Source: Macrostomum lignano (Eukaryota). From it: a stretch of 64,000 nucleotides of DNA. How positions within the stretch are numbered: position 1 is the first letter of the stretch; each line of letters starts with the position of its first letter. The notes beneath the pieces were generated by a model that saw only the letters and a list, made by a program, of their open reading frames with translations, had not been told where the DNA came from and searched no databases. Location of the stretch: positions 434,001 to 498,000 of the forward strand of contig NIVC01000296.1 of assembly GCA_002269645.1 (NCBI GenBank), given 5' to 3'. This document shows positions 50,386 to 63,884 of the stretch, piece after piece. A program made the translations under genes and the position numbers.

Positions 50386-51371
50386 AAAGTGTCGCGTGTC
50401 AATTTAATCTGTTGTTTATATAAATTCCTATAATAAGGACCCAAGACCAGACAAAGTGAGAGTGGCAGAGTCAAAAGTACAGTCTGCTGTCTACTCAGAA
50501 TCTGTTAAGTGTCAATATAATTTTTTTTTAATCAAATACTCAGAGATAGAAATGCAGCATAAAATGGTGATTATTATTATTAATACTAAAGCCTTTCTAT
50601 GTTATTTAGGGCAGGTGGCAGGGCCACTTGGTTCGGTTCAATCAACAGACAAGACCATGAGTAAATTTTATTATATTCAGCTATCTGGTTAAATATATAC
50701 TACCGTATGTATGAATGAAGGTAAATAGGGCTCATCCCCGCCACTCCTGCTGTCATCTGTCACTTTAGCATCTTTTGATTCTTGAAATCACAGAAATTCA
50801 TCTTTTTTGAATTGCTTTGTTCGCAATTGAGGCTTTGGGATGGGGGCGGGCGGGTGATGGCCGACTGAGGCGGCATCTCGGAATGATGGCTCCCCTCAGA
50901 CAGGACACCAGATGTTTATAAGCTTGTGCGTGTGTGGCCGATGTGATCTATCGCGGGGAGAGCAGGTTAGGAGCCCCTCGTTGTTCGTTGCTCCCCTACC
51001 TTCCCTCCCTCCCCAGCTCTTGTGTTGATGGCCTATTTTGGTCAAGTGGCATTTTGTCAGAGTTTTACGCATTCAGTCAGTCACAGAGCCGCTAAATATT
51101 GCTGAGCCTCAGAACTGGACTGGAAAGCCAGGTTAGGGAATTTTCATCCTCTACAATGGATTTCAAGAAAGATGTAGGTCTCGTTTGTATAATATGCAGA
51201 GTTATAATTTGCATAAAAGCCTTTTATCGAAACCTGCCCCATCTGTCATCGAATCTCAACTGTCTCGGACAAGTCTGCAGTAGTACTTTTCCCAACTTTT
51301 GGGCAGCTTTTGAATGTTGAACAACTTTTCTCGTAGCTTTCTGGTTAGCATTGGACGATTGTACTATTAGT

Positions 51372-51935
51372 AAGTCAGTCAGACAGTCAGTCAGTCAGTC
51401 AGTCAGTCAGTCAGTCAGCCAGTCAGTGAGTCAGTGAGTCAGCCAGTCAATCAGTCAGTCAGTCAGTCAGTCAGTCAGTCAGTCAGTCAGTCAGTCAGTC
51501 AGTCAGTGAGTCAGTCAGTCAGTCAGTGAGTCAGCCAGTCAGTCAGTCAGACAGTCAGTGAGTCAGTGAGTCAGCCAGTCAATCAGTCAGTCAGTCAGTC
51601 AGTCAGTCAGTCAGTGAGTCAGCCAGTCAGTCAGTGAGTCAGTGAGTCAGCCAGTCAATCAGTCAGTCAGTCAGTCAGTCAGTCAGTCAGTCAGTCAGTG
51701 AGTCAGCCAGTCAATCAGTCAGTCAGTCAGTCAGTCAGTGAGTCAGCCAGTCAATCAGTCAGTCAGTCAGTCAGTCAGTCAGTCAGTCAGTCAGTCAATC
51801 AATCAGTCAGTCAGTCAGTCAATCAGTCAGTCAGTCAGTCAGTCAGTCAGTCAGTCAGTCAGTCAGTCAGTCAGTCAGTCAGTCAGTCAGTCAGTCAGTC
51901 AGTCAGCCATCAGCCAGTCAGCCAGTCATTCAGTC
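51372..51935. repeat. (AGTC)n microsatellite
   Basis: Directly visible; ends just before the exon 5 acceptor. Confidence 0.96.
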
Positions 51936-51955
51936 AGCCAACCCGCTCCCCACAG

Positions 51956-52248
51956 GCAAGCTGCCAGTGTGGGTGGTGAACAAGGCTTCAACGCTGGTGG
52001 CACCCCGAGTGGCTCGCGGGCTGCACAAGGCTGCACTGAAATACGACGCCTGGAAGTCGAAGAACCGACCAGACTGGAAGCCGTGGCTCAATCCTCAGCA
52101 AATTGAGGTGCCCAGACTGCGGCCAGAGGACGTGCTCCGCTCGCCGGATGTTGAGCTGGGCTCGGCCATAGACGAGACCGGGCTGCAGGAGAGCGAATGC
52201 TCCACGGGCACCTACGAGGCGCCTGACGGGGCGACGGCAACCGCCTAA
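51956..52248 (+). CDS. STARD10: STARD10-like, exon 5
   Basis: cacag| phase 1, KLPVWVVNKASTLVAP...KYDAWKSKNRPDWKPWLNPQQ (cf. human LPKWVVNK...KYPEWK...KPWLHPEQ). Joined CDS 168+148+104+118+293=831 nt = 276 aa + stop. Confidence 0.9.
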
Positions 52249-52359
52249 ATCCGATTTTATAATCCCTGAACAAGCAACTGCTCAGAGTTGACAGTTTTGT
52301 GACAGCGTCTGATGCTCTTTCTGTGGTTTTACGCTGCTGAATATTTTGTTAGATTTTTG

Positions 52360-52705
52360 TCGGTGACCCAGCCACTCCATTGTCCCCCCAGTTCCTTGAG
52401 GGACCCCGCCACTCCATTGTCCCCCCAGTTCCTTGAGTGACCCCGCCACTCCATTGTCCCCCCAGTTCCTTGAATGACCCCGCCACTCCATTGTCCCCCC
52501 AGTTCCTTGAGGACCCCTGACCCCGCCACCCCATTCTCCCAACTTCCTTGAGTGACCCCGCTGCCCTGTTCTCCCCCAGTTCCTTGAGTGAACCCTGACC
52601 CCGCAACTCCATTCTCCCTCAGTTCCTCGAATGACCCCGTCACCCCATTCTTCCCCAGTTCCTTGAGTGACCCCTGACCCCGCCACTCCATTCTCCCCCA
52701 GTTTC
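52360..52705. repeat. ~40-bp degenerate tandem repeat (CCCCGCCACTCCATTGTCCCCCAGTTCCTTGAGTGA)
   Basis: Visible copies downstream of the STARD10 stop codon. Confidence 0.85.
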
Positions 52706-53664
52706 TTCCTGCAGCAGATATCGAACAGGCACATATTACAGCGTATTATGCTGGCTGTTTGCCTCTGTGATAAAAACGTATTACTTATTGCAAGAACATT
52801 TAAAGTTCGCCATCACAGTCATTGGTGAATGGCAGACTCTACCTTTTTCATTTCTGAGCCTTGCCAACTGGAATCTGTTGTGATCGCAATTTACCGTTTA
52901 TTACCCGCGGTTTTGGAAACAAAGAAGCCGTCTTTTTGTCTTGTTTATTCGCGTCACAAAACTTGTGTTTAAGCGTCGCCCGACTATTGTACTTTTTCGC
53001 GGCCCGCTAGCACTTCCAATTAGTCATTGTTGTTGTTTGTTGATTTTCATTACATGCCTCTGCAGCTTTATTAATATTCGATAACCTGTGACAGCTGTAC
53101 CAAATATTGTTGTTTTAACGAACACAATTTTTAATTGCCATTCCATATTATGCTGAACTTGTATTAGAACCTGATTACTGTTAAATCAAGTGTTTTTTCT
53201 AGGCAAGTTGGTTCTTTTGGCTTGCACTTCTGCTTTTTTGATCTGCTGGATTTGCATGCTTTTATGATAATTTATTTTTAATCGATGTTGTTATTCCCTT
53301 GGCACTTTAATCTCTGTTGGTTGTAGCGGAGCGATTGCGCATTACCGAACTTTTGCTTTACTGATTATTGGTAAATATACACACGTGTTGGATATTATTA
53401 GGGACACTTTGACTTAAGGTCTGACTTGCCCGTCTTATACCGACAGTTTTGTGGCGTGTCTTGCGCAGAAATGCATTCTGATCGACTTTTGCCTGCGTCA
53501 TTTTGCAGCAGCTGCAATGTCCGTTTTATTGGCACACTTTAGGCTCTAGACACGGTTTAAAAGCCGCCTTTCAACTCTGGACACCCTTGAGAACGTGTGG
53601 GGACACTTTGTGAATCCTCTTTGGACATTTTAGGAACTGCCCAGGACACACTGAAATTCTATCT

Positions 53665-56210
53665 GGACATCCCTTTAGCCCGGTCTGGACACCCCTTAAA
53701 TCCTGGTCTGGGCACCCCAGTAATCCCGGTCTGGACACCCCTAAAATCCCGGTCTGGACACCCCTTTAATCCCGGTCTGGACACCCCTTTAATCCCGGTC
53801 TGGACACCCCTTAAATCCTGGTCTGGGCACCCCAGTAATCCCGGTCTGGACACCCCTAAAATCCCGGTCTGGACACCCCTTTAATTCCGGTCTGGACACC
53901 CCTTTAATCCCGGTCTGGACACCCCTTTAATCCCGGTCTGGACACCCCAGTAATCCCGGTCTGGACACCCCTAAAATCCCGGTCTGGACACCCCTTTAAT
54001 CCCGGTCTGGACACCCCTTTAATCCCGGTCTGGACACCCCTTTAATTCCGGTCTGGACACCCCTTTAATTCCGGTCTGGACACCCCTTTAATCCCGGTCT
54101 GGACACCCCTGTAATCCCGGTCTGGACACCCCTTTAACCCCTTTAATCCCGGTCTGGACACCCCTGTAATCCCGGTCTGGACACCCCTTTAATCCCGGTC
54201 TGGACACCCCTAAAATCCTGGTCTGGACACCCCTTAAATCCCGGTCAGGGCACCCTTTAAAGCCCGGTCTGGACACCCCTTTAATCCCGGTCTGGACACC
54301 CCTGTAATCCCGGTCTGGACACCCCTTTAATCCCGGTCTGAACACCCCTAAAATCCTGGTCTGAACACCCCTAAAAACCTGATCTGAACACCCCAAAAAT
54401 CCCGGTCTGGACACCCCTTAAATCCTGGTCTGAACACCCCTAAAATCCTGGTCTGAACACCCCTAAAATCCTGGTCTGAACACCCCTAAAATCCTGGTCT
54501 GAACACCCCTAAAATCCTGGTCTGAACACCCCTAAAATCCTGGTCTGAACACCCCTTAAATCCCGGTCAGGGCACCCTTTAAATCCCGGTCAGGGCACCC
54601 TTTAAATCCCGGTCAGGGCACCCCTTAAATCCCGGTCAGGGCACCCTTTAAATCCCGGTCAGGGCACCCCTTAAATCCCGGTCAGGGCACCCTTTAAATC
54701 CCGGTCAGGGCACCCTTTAAATCCCGGTCAGGGCACCCTTTAAATCCCGGTCAGGGCACCCTTTAAATCCCGGTCAGGGCACCCTTTAAATCCCGGTCTG
54801 GACACCCTTTAAATCCCGGTCAGGGCACCCTTTAAATCCCGGTCAGGGCACCCTTTAAATCCCGGTCTGGACACCCTTTAAATCCCGGTCAGGGCACCCT
54901 TTAAATCCCGGTCAGGGCACCCTTTAAATCCCGGTCAGGGCACCCTTTAAATCCCGGTCTGGACACCCTTTAAATCCCGGTCAGGGCACCCTTTAAATCC
55001 CGGTCAGGGCACCCTTTAAATCCCGGTCTGGACACCCTTTAAATCCCGGTCTGGACACCCTTTAAATCCCGGTCAGGGCACCCTTTAAATCCCGGTCTGG
55101 ACACCCCTTAAATCCCGGTCAGGGCACCCTTTAAATCCTGGTCAGGGCACCCCTTTAAATCCCGGTCAGGGCACCCTTTAAATCCCGGTCTGGACACCCC
55201 TTAAATCCCGGTCAGGGCACCCTTTAAATCCCGGTCAGGGCACCCCTTAAATCCCGGTCAGGGCACCCTTTAAATCCCGGTCAGGGCACCCTTTAAATCC
55301 CGGTCAGGGCACCCTTTAAATCCCGGTCAGGGCACCCTTTAAATCCCGGTCAGGGCACCCTTTAAATCCCGGTCTGGACACCCTTTAAATCCCGGTCAGG
55401 GCACCCTTTAAATCCCGGTCAGGGCACCCTTTAAATCCCGGTCTGGACACCCTTTAAATCCCGGTCTGGACACCCTTTAAATCCCGGTCAGGGCACCCTT
55501 TAAATCCCGGTCTGGGCACCCTTAAATCCCGGTCAGGACACCCCTTAAATCCCGGTCAGGGCACCCTTTAAATCCCGGTCAGGGCACCCTTTAAATCCCG
55601 GTCAGGGCACCCTTTAAATCCCGGTCAGGGCACCCTTTAAATCCCGGTCAGGGCACCCTTTAAATCCCGGTCTGGACACCCTTTAAATCCCGGTCAGGGC
55701 ACCCTTTAAATCCCGGTCAGGGCACCCTTTAAATCCCGGTCTGGACACCCTTTAAATCCCGGTCTGGACACCCTTTAAATCCCGGTCAGGGCACCCTTTA
55801 AATCCCGGTCTGGACACCCCTTAAATCCCGGTCAGGGCACCCTTTAAATCCCGGTCAGGGCACCCCTTAAATCCCGGTCAGGGCACCCTTTAAATCCCGG
55901 TCAGGGCACCCTTTAAATCCCGGTCAGGGCACCCCTTAAATCCCGGTCAGGGCACCCTTTAAATCCCGGTCTGGACAACCTTTAAATCCCGGTCAGGGCA
56001 CCCTTTAAATCCCGGTCTGGACACCCCTTAAATCCCGGTCAGGGCACCCTTTAAATCCCGGTCTGGGCACCCTTTAAATCCCGGTCTGGACACCCCTTAA
56101 ATCCCGGTCAGGGCACCCTTTAAATCCCGGTCTGGACACCCTTTAAATCCCGGTCTGGACACCCTTTAAATCCCGGTCTGGACACCCTTTAAATCCCGGT
56201 CTGGACAACC
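53665..56210. repeat. ~2.5-kb satellite, 23-24-bp unit (AAATCCCGGTCAGGGCACCCTTT / AAATCCCGGTCTGGACACCCTTT)
   Basis: Period 23 measured at 54788-54811; two interspersed variant types. Confidence 0.96.
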
Positions 56211-56964
56211 ATTAACGCTAGCTTATTCTGCTGGCAATTTGCATGAGCATTCTAACGCAGCGAAGGCGAACGGAAACAAGACCCAAAGTGCGTGTAGCTA
56301 CACTGGCTTTCTTAATACCCGATCTCCCAGGCATGTTTGCACGCCATGGCCTGTGTTTTTTGTATAAGGCATTCCTTAACTGTAAACGAATTAGAAGCTG
56401 CATAATATTGCCACTTTCTATTCTATATTTCTTATCCAGTTTAATAGGGACCCAATGCAGTCAAATGCGACTGGTCACTGGACCCCGTGTGAAAATTCAT
56501 TGAACTCCAGGTCTTTCACAGTGTTTCACTTCAGTTCGCGTCTTGCTTGTTCCGTGAGGGGGGGGGGTGAGGGGCCCTCTTTCTTCACCGCAAGTCAACC
56601 CCCCTCCCCAAGAGTCCCGGCCGCTCATTCGCTGATTCACCCCCTCCCCCATCTGCTTGAATCCCGATCTCCGAATTCGGCAATGTACAGTCATGGAGGC
56701 CCAGGAACAGATTCTGGAGTCGCAACAGTTCCTTCTCTGATCTGAAACTTGAAAAGAAACTTAGTTGTCTGAAAAAAGAGCTGTCACTCCAAGGCTCTGG
56801 TTCATGCGTACAGGGCAGCCCACCTCCTCTCTCTCCCCAGTCGTCCCCTCCTCTTGCTAGCTCAATAAAAGGCATCGGTGCTTTGAATTTGCTGTGAATC
56901 CTATCTCGAACGAAGAAAGTGATCTTGTGCTGGCTTAGAAGACCGCCGTGATCGCCACTAAATC

Positions 56965-59900
56965 ATGAGCTTAACCTTGGCGTTCCTGGGCTGCCTCATC
57001 CTGCTATCCAGCCTCACCTTGGACGCCACGGCCAACCTGGACTCGACTCCAGCCGTCTGCCAGGGCACGCATCAGTCTGAGTTCACCAGAAGCAGCTCCG
57101 TGCAGATCTTGAACTCCATCCGCAGCCAGTTGGACGGCTGCCAGATTGTGATAGGCGATTTGCACATCATGAACATCCGGGAGAAAGACTTCCAAAAAAG
57201 CAGCGCCAACTTTAGCCTGGCGTTTCTCGACTCCATCCAGGAGGTCACCGGCTGCGTCTGGATTGTCAACAGCTGCTTCAGAGTTCCCATCATCTTCCGC
57301 GGGCTTCGGGTCATCCGCGGCGCCAACTGCGACAGCGCTGTCACTATCCAGTACCTCAGCGAGTGCCGCATGCAGCCCGACGCTGTCTTCAGCCGCCTGG
57401 TATTCATCGCAAACGGCGGCGTCACGGCGGTTGGACTGCGGTCCTGTCACCTGGTTCGCGACATCAACTACACCGAGCTATTTCAGAACCCCGACAGGCA
57501 GCGCCTGATTGTCCAGCCGAAGTGCTCCGGCCCCAGCGGCTGCCACTCGGACTGTCCGGTGTGGCGGGACGGCCATCGCCACTGCTGGGGCCCCGGGCCA
57601 GACCACTGCCAGGAGCGCAGTCGCTGTTCCACACTGACCGCCAAGCAGTGCCCCGGAGGCCGCTGCTACCTGGACGGCCAGGACTCGATGACAATGCCCG
57701 AGCGCTGCTGTGCCGAGCAGTGCCTCGGCGGCTGTCACGGAACCGCCGCCAGCCACTGCATCGCCTGCGCTAGCTTCAACAAGTCGGGCGTCTGCGTCGG
57801 CGCCTGCAACCCAAGCGCCGTGTACGACTCGAGCAGCGCATCCTTCATTAAGTCGACGGAGTCCAGCAGCCTCATCCCGCTTGGCCCAGTTTGCGTCGCC
57901 AGGTGCCCGAAGACGTATTTCACTCAGGAGGGCGCCTGCGTCAGCCGCTGCTCCGAGGGCTTCGCGCCAACCAGCGACGGCGTCTGCGAGACGAACGAGG
58001 CCGGCCGGGCCTGCGAGCAGCGGAAAGGTTCGGCCATTGTATGCGACTTGGCCAACCCGCTGCTGGCCGGCGGCCGCAACTCCAGCCTGCTCTGCTCGCA
58101 CTACACTGGCGAACTGGCAATCTTTGACGACTGCATCGCGACTGACGTCCAGAAATCATACCAACCCAGGCCCGGGCTCCGGCCGCTGGCCCTGGACGAG
58201 CTGTACTTCTACCTCAGCCGCCTAGCCGTCATCCGGGGCAGCATCACCGTCGTGCTGAACAACCGGACGAACATGTCGTTCCTAAGCGGCCTCCGCCGGA
58301 TTGACAAACGGCCGGGCCACCCCAATGACGGCTACATGCTCGTGCGCTCGTCCAGCCTGCGCTTCCTCGGGCTGGCCTCGCTGAAGCACCTGGCCAGCTT
58401 TTTACTGGCCCAGCCGAAGCCTCCTCTCTGTCCAAGCCTCCTGCCAACCAGGCGCGCTTTCGACGACCGACTAGTAACGCTGCTGAATCCTAATGAGACT
58501 AGCGCCCAGTTTGACGCTGTCCGGAAGAGCAGCCTGACCGCCGACTGTCAGAGCTGTCACCCGGAGTGCGACCCCGCCTACGGCTGCTGGGGTCCCGGGC
58601 CTGACCTGTGCATCCGCTGCCGGCGTCACCGACTGCCAATCGACGAGTCCGGCGGCCGCGGAATCTGCGTGTCCGACTGCGACGGCATCGACGGCTGGTA
58701 CAACGCTGGCAAAGTTGAGGCGGTCGGCCTGCAGGTGAACGAGAGCCTCTGCAGCCGCTGTCACCCGCTGTGCAGCAGCTGCACTGGCAACAGCCAGCAG
58801 GACTGCACCAAATGCGCCCCGGAGGCCTTTGCCGAGGCCGACACCGGCGCCTGCGTGCCGGCTTGCTCGAACATCCGTCAGTTCGCCGACGCGGATCGCG
58901 TCTGCCGACCCTGCCCAGACGCCTGCACTCCGGCTATCGGCTTCGGCCAGGAGCCCACCTGCTCCGGCAACCTGTCTGCGGTCGGGCCGGGCGGCTGCAG
59001 CTACTGCTCCAAGGTGATGGAGCCTGACGAGCGCGATGGGGAGTCCGACAGCGAGCAGGCAGTCATTCGGTGCCTGAACCCGCTGGTGGCGTGTCCTGAG
59101 GGCTACCAGCTGCGTGTGCTGGAGTTTGACGAGGCCCAGCGACATTTTGCCTGGCGTCGCCGGCGACCGCACAGCTTCGTGTCAATCTGCAAGCGCTCGG
59201 ACGCCGAGGCTGAGCTCAAGAAACGCCGATCGGTCCGGGAAGCCCGACTGGCAGTGGCCTACGTTGGCGCGGGCGTCGTCGTTGTCATCACTCTGATCCT
59301 GGGCGGCATCACCTGCCGCTGTCTGCGCCAGCGAGCCGCCGCCGCGGCGGACACGGAGAAACGACGCCAACTTGGCGAGAACGGCCATCGGCGAGTGATG
59401 ATGATGGATGGCAGCTGGGATGAAGACGCCGAGCTTTTGAATGCCAACGACGGCATCGAGGGCGTCAACAGAGGGGACGACGCCGCGGGCGGCATCGAGC
59501 TTGAAGGCATCGCCGTTCTGCGCACCATCTCAGAGAACGAGCTGACCAGGGGCGCCGAAATCGGCTCGGGCGCCTTTGGCACCGTGTACCGCGGCGAGTG
59601 GCTTGCCGAAGCTTCGGTTGGCAACGGTCCGGTTCGTCAGCACGTTTCAGTGGCCATTAAAATCCTGGCAGACTCGAGCGACTGCGGCGGCAGCTGCCTG
59701 TCCAGCGAGCTACTCGCCGAGAGCCGCATAATGGCCTCCGTGCGGCACCGGCACTGCCTCAGCCTGGTCGGAGTGTGCATGACTCAGCCGCCGCAGCTCA
59801 TCAGCCGCTTCCTGCCGCTTGGCAACCTCCGCGACTTCCTGCGGGCCCGCCGCGGCACCGGGCAGCTCGGGAGCAGCCACCTGCTGCGCTTCGCGGCCCA

Positions 59901-60447
59901 GATCGCCAGCGGCATGGCCTACCTGGAGCAGCGCAGCGTCATCCACCGGGACCTCGCCTGCAGAAACGTGCTGGTCGCCTCGCCCAGGTGCGTGAAGATC
60001 ACTGATTTCGGCCTGGCCCGCCTCATGGATAATCCCAACGAAGAGTACCAGGCCTCCGGTGGCAAGCTGCCTGTGAAGTGGCTGGCCCTCGAGTGCCTCG
60101 TCTGCCGGCGGTTCTCTCACAAATCCGACGTCTGGGCCTACGGGGTGACGCTCTGGGAGATCTTTATGTTCGGCGAGCCGCCCTACGCCAACGTGAGGCC
60201 GGTTGACCTCGCCGACTACCTGGAGAAAGGCGAACGTCTGCCGCAGCCGCCTATCTGCACCCTCGACGTGTACATCCTCATGATCAAATGCTGGATGCTG
60301 AACGAGTCCCAGCGGCCCAGCTTCGACCAGCTCGAGTCCAGCTTCCGCAAGATGTGCGACTCTCCGGGGCGCTACGTCTACATCAAAGGCGACAGGTTCG
60401 CGGCTGGTCGAAGGCCTCATCGCGACGACGGCAACTGCGGAGGAGGC

Positions 60448-60478
<31 letters not shown>

Positions 60479-60969
60479 ATGGCTGCAACGGGAGTTCCGG
60501 GTCCTCACCGACTGGCAGCGGCAGCAGCAGCTCGCAGGAGGCGCACCACGCGCCCGATGGCAGCGCCGGAGACGGTCTCGACGATGGCGAATATTCGCCT
60601 CTGGAGGTCAACGAGGAGGTGAACGTTGACGAGGTGTTCAGAGTGTCGCCTCCGCCGCTGGCTTCCGCCGAAACCGGCAGCACTGAGGTCGACGCCGACG
60701 CCGCCGCCTACGGCAACGCAGCGGCTATGGCGAATCTTGGACCGATGAAGCACGGCGCAGTCCCTGAGAAGCTCGTGAACAACAAGTACTGCAGCGACCC
60801 GAGCTCCGACCAAGAGCTGCAAGACGACTACCTGAGGCCCAACTGCTCGACACAGGCCAGCCTGGCTACCGCGGTGTACAATCCCGAGTACTTCTTCAAC
60901 GCGTCTCGTGCCGCGACGCCGAAGCCGCCGCCGCCTCAACAGGTGGGACAGACTGTGGATTCCCAATGA
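56965..60969 (+). CDS. EGFR: EGFR/ErbB-family receptor tyrosine kinase (1334 aa, intronless)
   Basis: Signal peptide, receptor-L domain (CQGT...GCQIVIGDLHI), furin-like Cys-rich repeats (CWGPGPDHC, CHPEC..GCWGPGPDLC) and a TM helix. Kinase motifs IGSGAFGTVYRG, VAIK, HRDLACRN, DFGLARL and GGKLPVKWLALE. Tail tyrosines (NNKY, DDYL, NPEY). Confidence 0.95.
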
Positions 60970-61109
60970 CATAGTCGTTTTAATTTTTGTACGTATTGTT
61001 CGTCTGTAGGCATTTCCAGAGATATGCGACTTTTTTAGTCCGGAAATGGAAGCGGAATATCATAGCTGAATAACTGTAGAAAGTTTAGGGGAAAACACAG
61101 TCTAGGACT

Positions 61110-61551
61110 CTAGAATGACTGGATGGGCCACTCAGGCATATATACTCGTACTTAGCAAAACAGCTTTCTACTTTCAGTTCAGTAGCAAAGAAGAATACAT
61201 AAGCTATTTTATAAAAATAAAGGCAGCTGAAATTACTTTGATAAGTTTAGAAGCCAAGCTTGCAGGCGTAAACAACTTGCTAATTGGTTCAGCAGTAATG
61301 TACATTAGCCAGCGCCACTGAAATGTACATGGCAGCTTTAGGCTGGAATTCCGAGAAAGGCAATAAAATTGGGGGCGGGGCGGGGGGTAGTGTGGAAAGG
61401 CCGGTTTAAACTGGAGGTGGGTAAGAGCCAATAAATGAGCCTTAGCTTTAAAAATACATTAAAATGCTTCTGTTTAACTTCACTACTGAACTGAAAGTAG
61501 CTTACACGCAAATGTGCTGAGTGGCCCATCTAGCTATTCTAGTATCTGTGG
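61110..61551 (+). mobile_element. MITE family A, copy 3
   Basis: ctagaatgactggatgggccactcag ... ctgagtggcccatctagctattctag; body matches copies 1 and 2. Confidence 0.85.
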
Positions 61552-62719
61552 GGAAAAATAGCTAACTTGAACATCTGATCACAGAACTGTTCTGTGCCTC
61601 TGATAGGGGGCAGAGCAGCTTGTGGTAAACGCGCCCGACTCTCGCACACCGTGCACGACCCTTGTTCCATAAATCGGTTCCATTTCTAGTCTAGAAACTA
61701 AAGTTGACATAAGATCCCAAATTTTCTCATCTAATTATTCACATTTAAGTACTAATTTTTTGTCTTCGGCTTTGTTGATTTTGTCCGTTAGCTTCATCGC
61801 TGTTTATCAGTGCGCGCCATGCTACCGGTCTCGTGTATTTCAGCAATTTTCGTTTGCGCTTTCTGTAAATTGTTTCTGCTTTTAAAATTTGAACCGCTTT
61901 GAATGCTTTTTCCCTTGCCCTGTTATTGAACTCTAACAACCTAAAAAGGGATCTTAGTTCTCCCTTGTCTTTTCTCCCTTGCTAATGAATAATTTTGACA
62001 CATTCGTCAGTGATTCTCTGCCAGATGTGAGTATTTTTGTAAGCTTACGGAGTCAGCACCGTGTCTATGCTAATGGAGTTGTTTTATACGACCGTAATTG
62101 TATTATGGTCTTATGGAATATGGTTTCATTGCGCAATATAATTAACCGGTATAACTAAAATAAACATAACACCTTAGCTTTGTATGAAGCATTGCATTGT
62201 CTCCGTTTAACTGCATTCTCAAAAAATCTGAGTTTGATCTTATTTCACTTATAGCTACAGCACTAAGTGTAGATTCGAATAGGACTTGCGATTTCAAAGA
62301 ATAAGTCATTAGTTGCACTAGTATGATTATTGCCAAAATCAAAGCCATAAAAGTCAGTATTGTACTGTATTTGTATTTTTGATTTCACTAATTAAGGGAA
62401 GGGGTGGCGGTGCTGATAAGAATGCAAGCCTTGGCCTCAGTCCGAAGGTTAGAGTTGTTGAATAGACAGAGTGCAAGACGTCACAGTGTGAGACGAAGGG
62501 AGAGCTAATCAGAATGAGGCAAGGGTTAGATAAGAGAAGCAAGGGTTTTTTCAACAGACAGGTAGATTGTAGAAGTGCAGACGGGAGGACGATACGCGTA
62601 ACCAATTTGTTACGGAGGCTAACTAAAGGACATAAAAATTGTCTGTACAAAGGCAACAATAGATAAAGAAAGGTTAAATCCGACAAGACTCAGCTCAGCT
62701 CCGCTCCGAACTCAGCTCC

Positions 62720-63350
62720 ATAGCACGCACCATCCACAGCACCCATCACCCACAGCACCTACCACCCCACAGCACCCACCACCCCACAGCACCCGTCAAC
62801 CCACAGCACCCACCACCCGACAGCACCCATCACCCACAGCACCTACCACCCCACAGCACCCACCACCCCACAGCACCCGTCACCCACAGCACCCACCACC
62901 CCACAGCACCCATCACCCACAGCACCTACCACCCCACAGCACCCACCACCCACAGCACCCGTCACTCACAGCACCCCACAGCACCTACCACCCCACAGCA
63001 CCCGTCACCCACAGCACCCACCACCCCACAGCACCTACCACCCCACAGCACCCGTCACCCCAGAGCACCCATCACCCCACAACACCCATCACCCACAGCA
63101 CCCACCACCCCACAGCACCCACCACCCCACAGCACCCACCACCCCACAGCACCCACCACCCCACAGCACCTACCACCCCACAGCACCCGTCACCCCAGAG
63201 CACCCATCACCCCACAACACCCATCACCCACAACACCCACCACCCCACAGCACCCACCACCCCACAACACCCACCACCCCACAGCACCCACCACCCCACA
63301 GCACCCACCACCCCACAGTACCCACCACCCACTGCACCAACTAAACACAG
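62720..63350. repeat. ~17-bp C/A-rich minisatellite (CACCCACCACCCCACAG)n
   Basis: Directly visible. Confidence 0.92.
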
Positions 63351-63884
63351 CACCGACCACAGCATAACACTGATCGTTTTCCTCCTGTTTTGTCCGTCTC
63401 GCTATTCTGAGTCTGTTCTTAGCGGTCTTCGCTTTTTCGTTAAGCAATGTTTCCCTACCGAGTGATTCTGGCAGCTTCTGCGGGACTGAGCGAGCAATTT
63501 ACCTTGGCTCAGCTTATTGCAATTTATTTTTCCGTTATTACAAAAGCATCCGCAGTTTCGTCTCGAGGGTAATAATTAAATTTTCCACCCAGCATGCTGG
63601 TGTGGAATTGTGTTCTTTACTCGTAGGGGCTTTTTTAAAGAATAGATCGTCTTATTACCCATCTGAATTTAGGGAACAGTTTTCAGTGCTCCAGATTTTC
63701 ACCTGCTGTATTTCCTGTCAAATTTTGTCCGGTTACTCAGCTTGACGGAGTGCTCATCTGTTGAATTTTGTTGCCCAGGTTTATTGAAGAAGTGAAATTA
63801 AAACAAATATTTATCCTAATCAGGGCGAGTCCCCCTTTGAAAGAGCCAACAAAAGCATGTCTTGGAGTTAACCTTAAAAATCAT

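Noticed and set aside
49613-50433. MDCHCSS / MAVHGAT / MELQWQS repeat proteins
   Set aside because: All frames of a 21-bp minisatellite inside STARD10 intron 4.
53665-56210. CRISPR-like regular array
   Set aside because: Head-to-tail units with no unique spacers, no cas genes, and a eukaryotic context. The same applies to the other arrays.
57004-60972. Many antisense and alternate-frame ORFs over EGFR
   Set aside because: Shadow ORFs expected from GC-rich coding sequence; no motifs.
61606-61682. tRNA-like SINE head
   Set aside because: Only a weak A-box resemblance and no convincing B box.
61700-63860. Degraded minus-strand LINE (KGGLALI-like endonuclease remnant near 63830)
   Set aside because: Too many stops and frameshifts to support by eye; needs tBLASTn/HMM.
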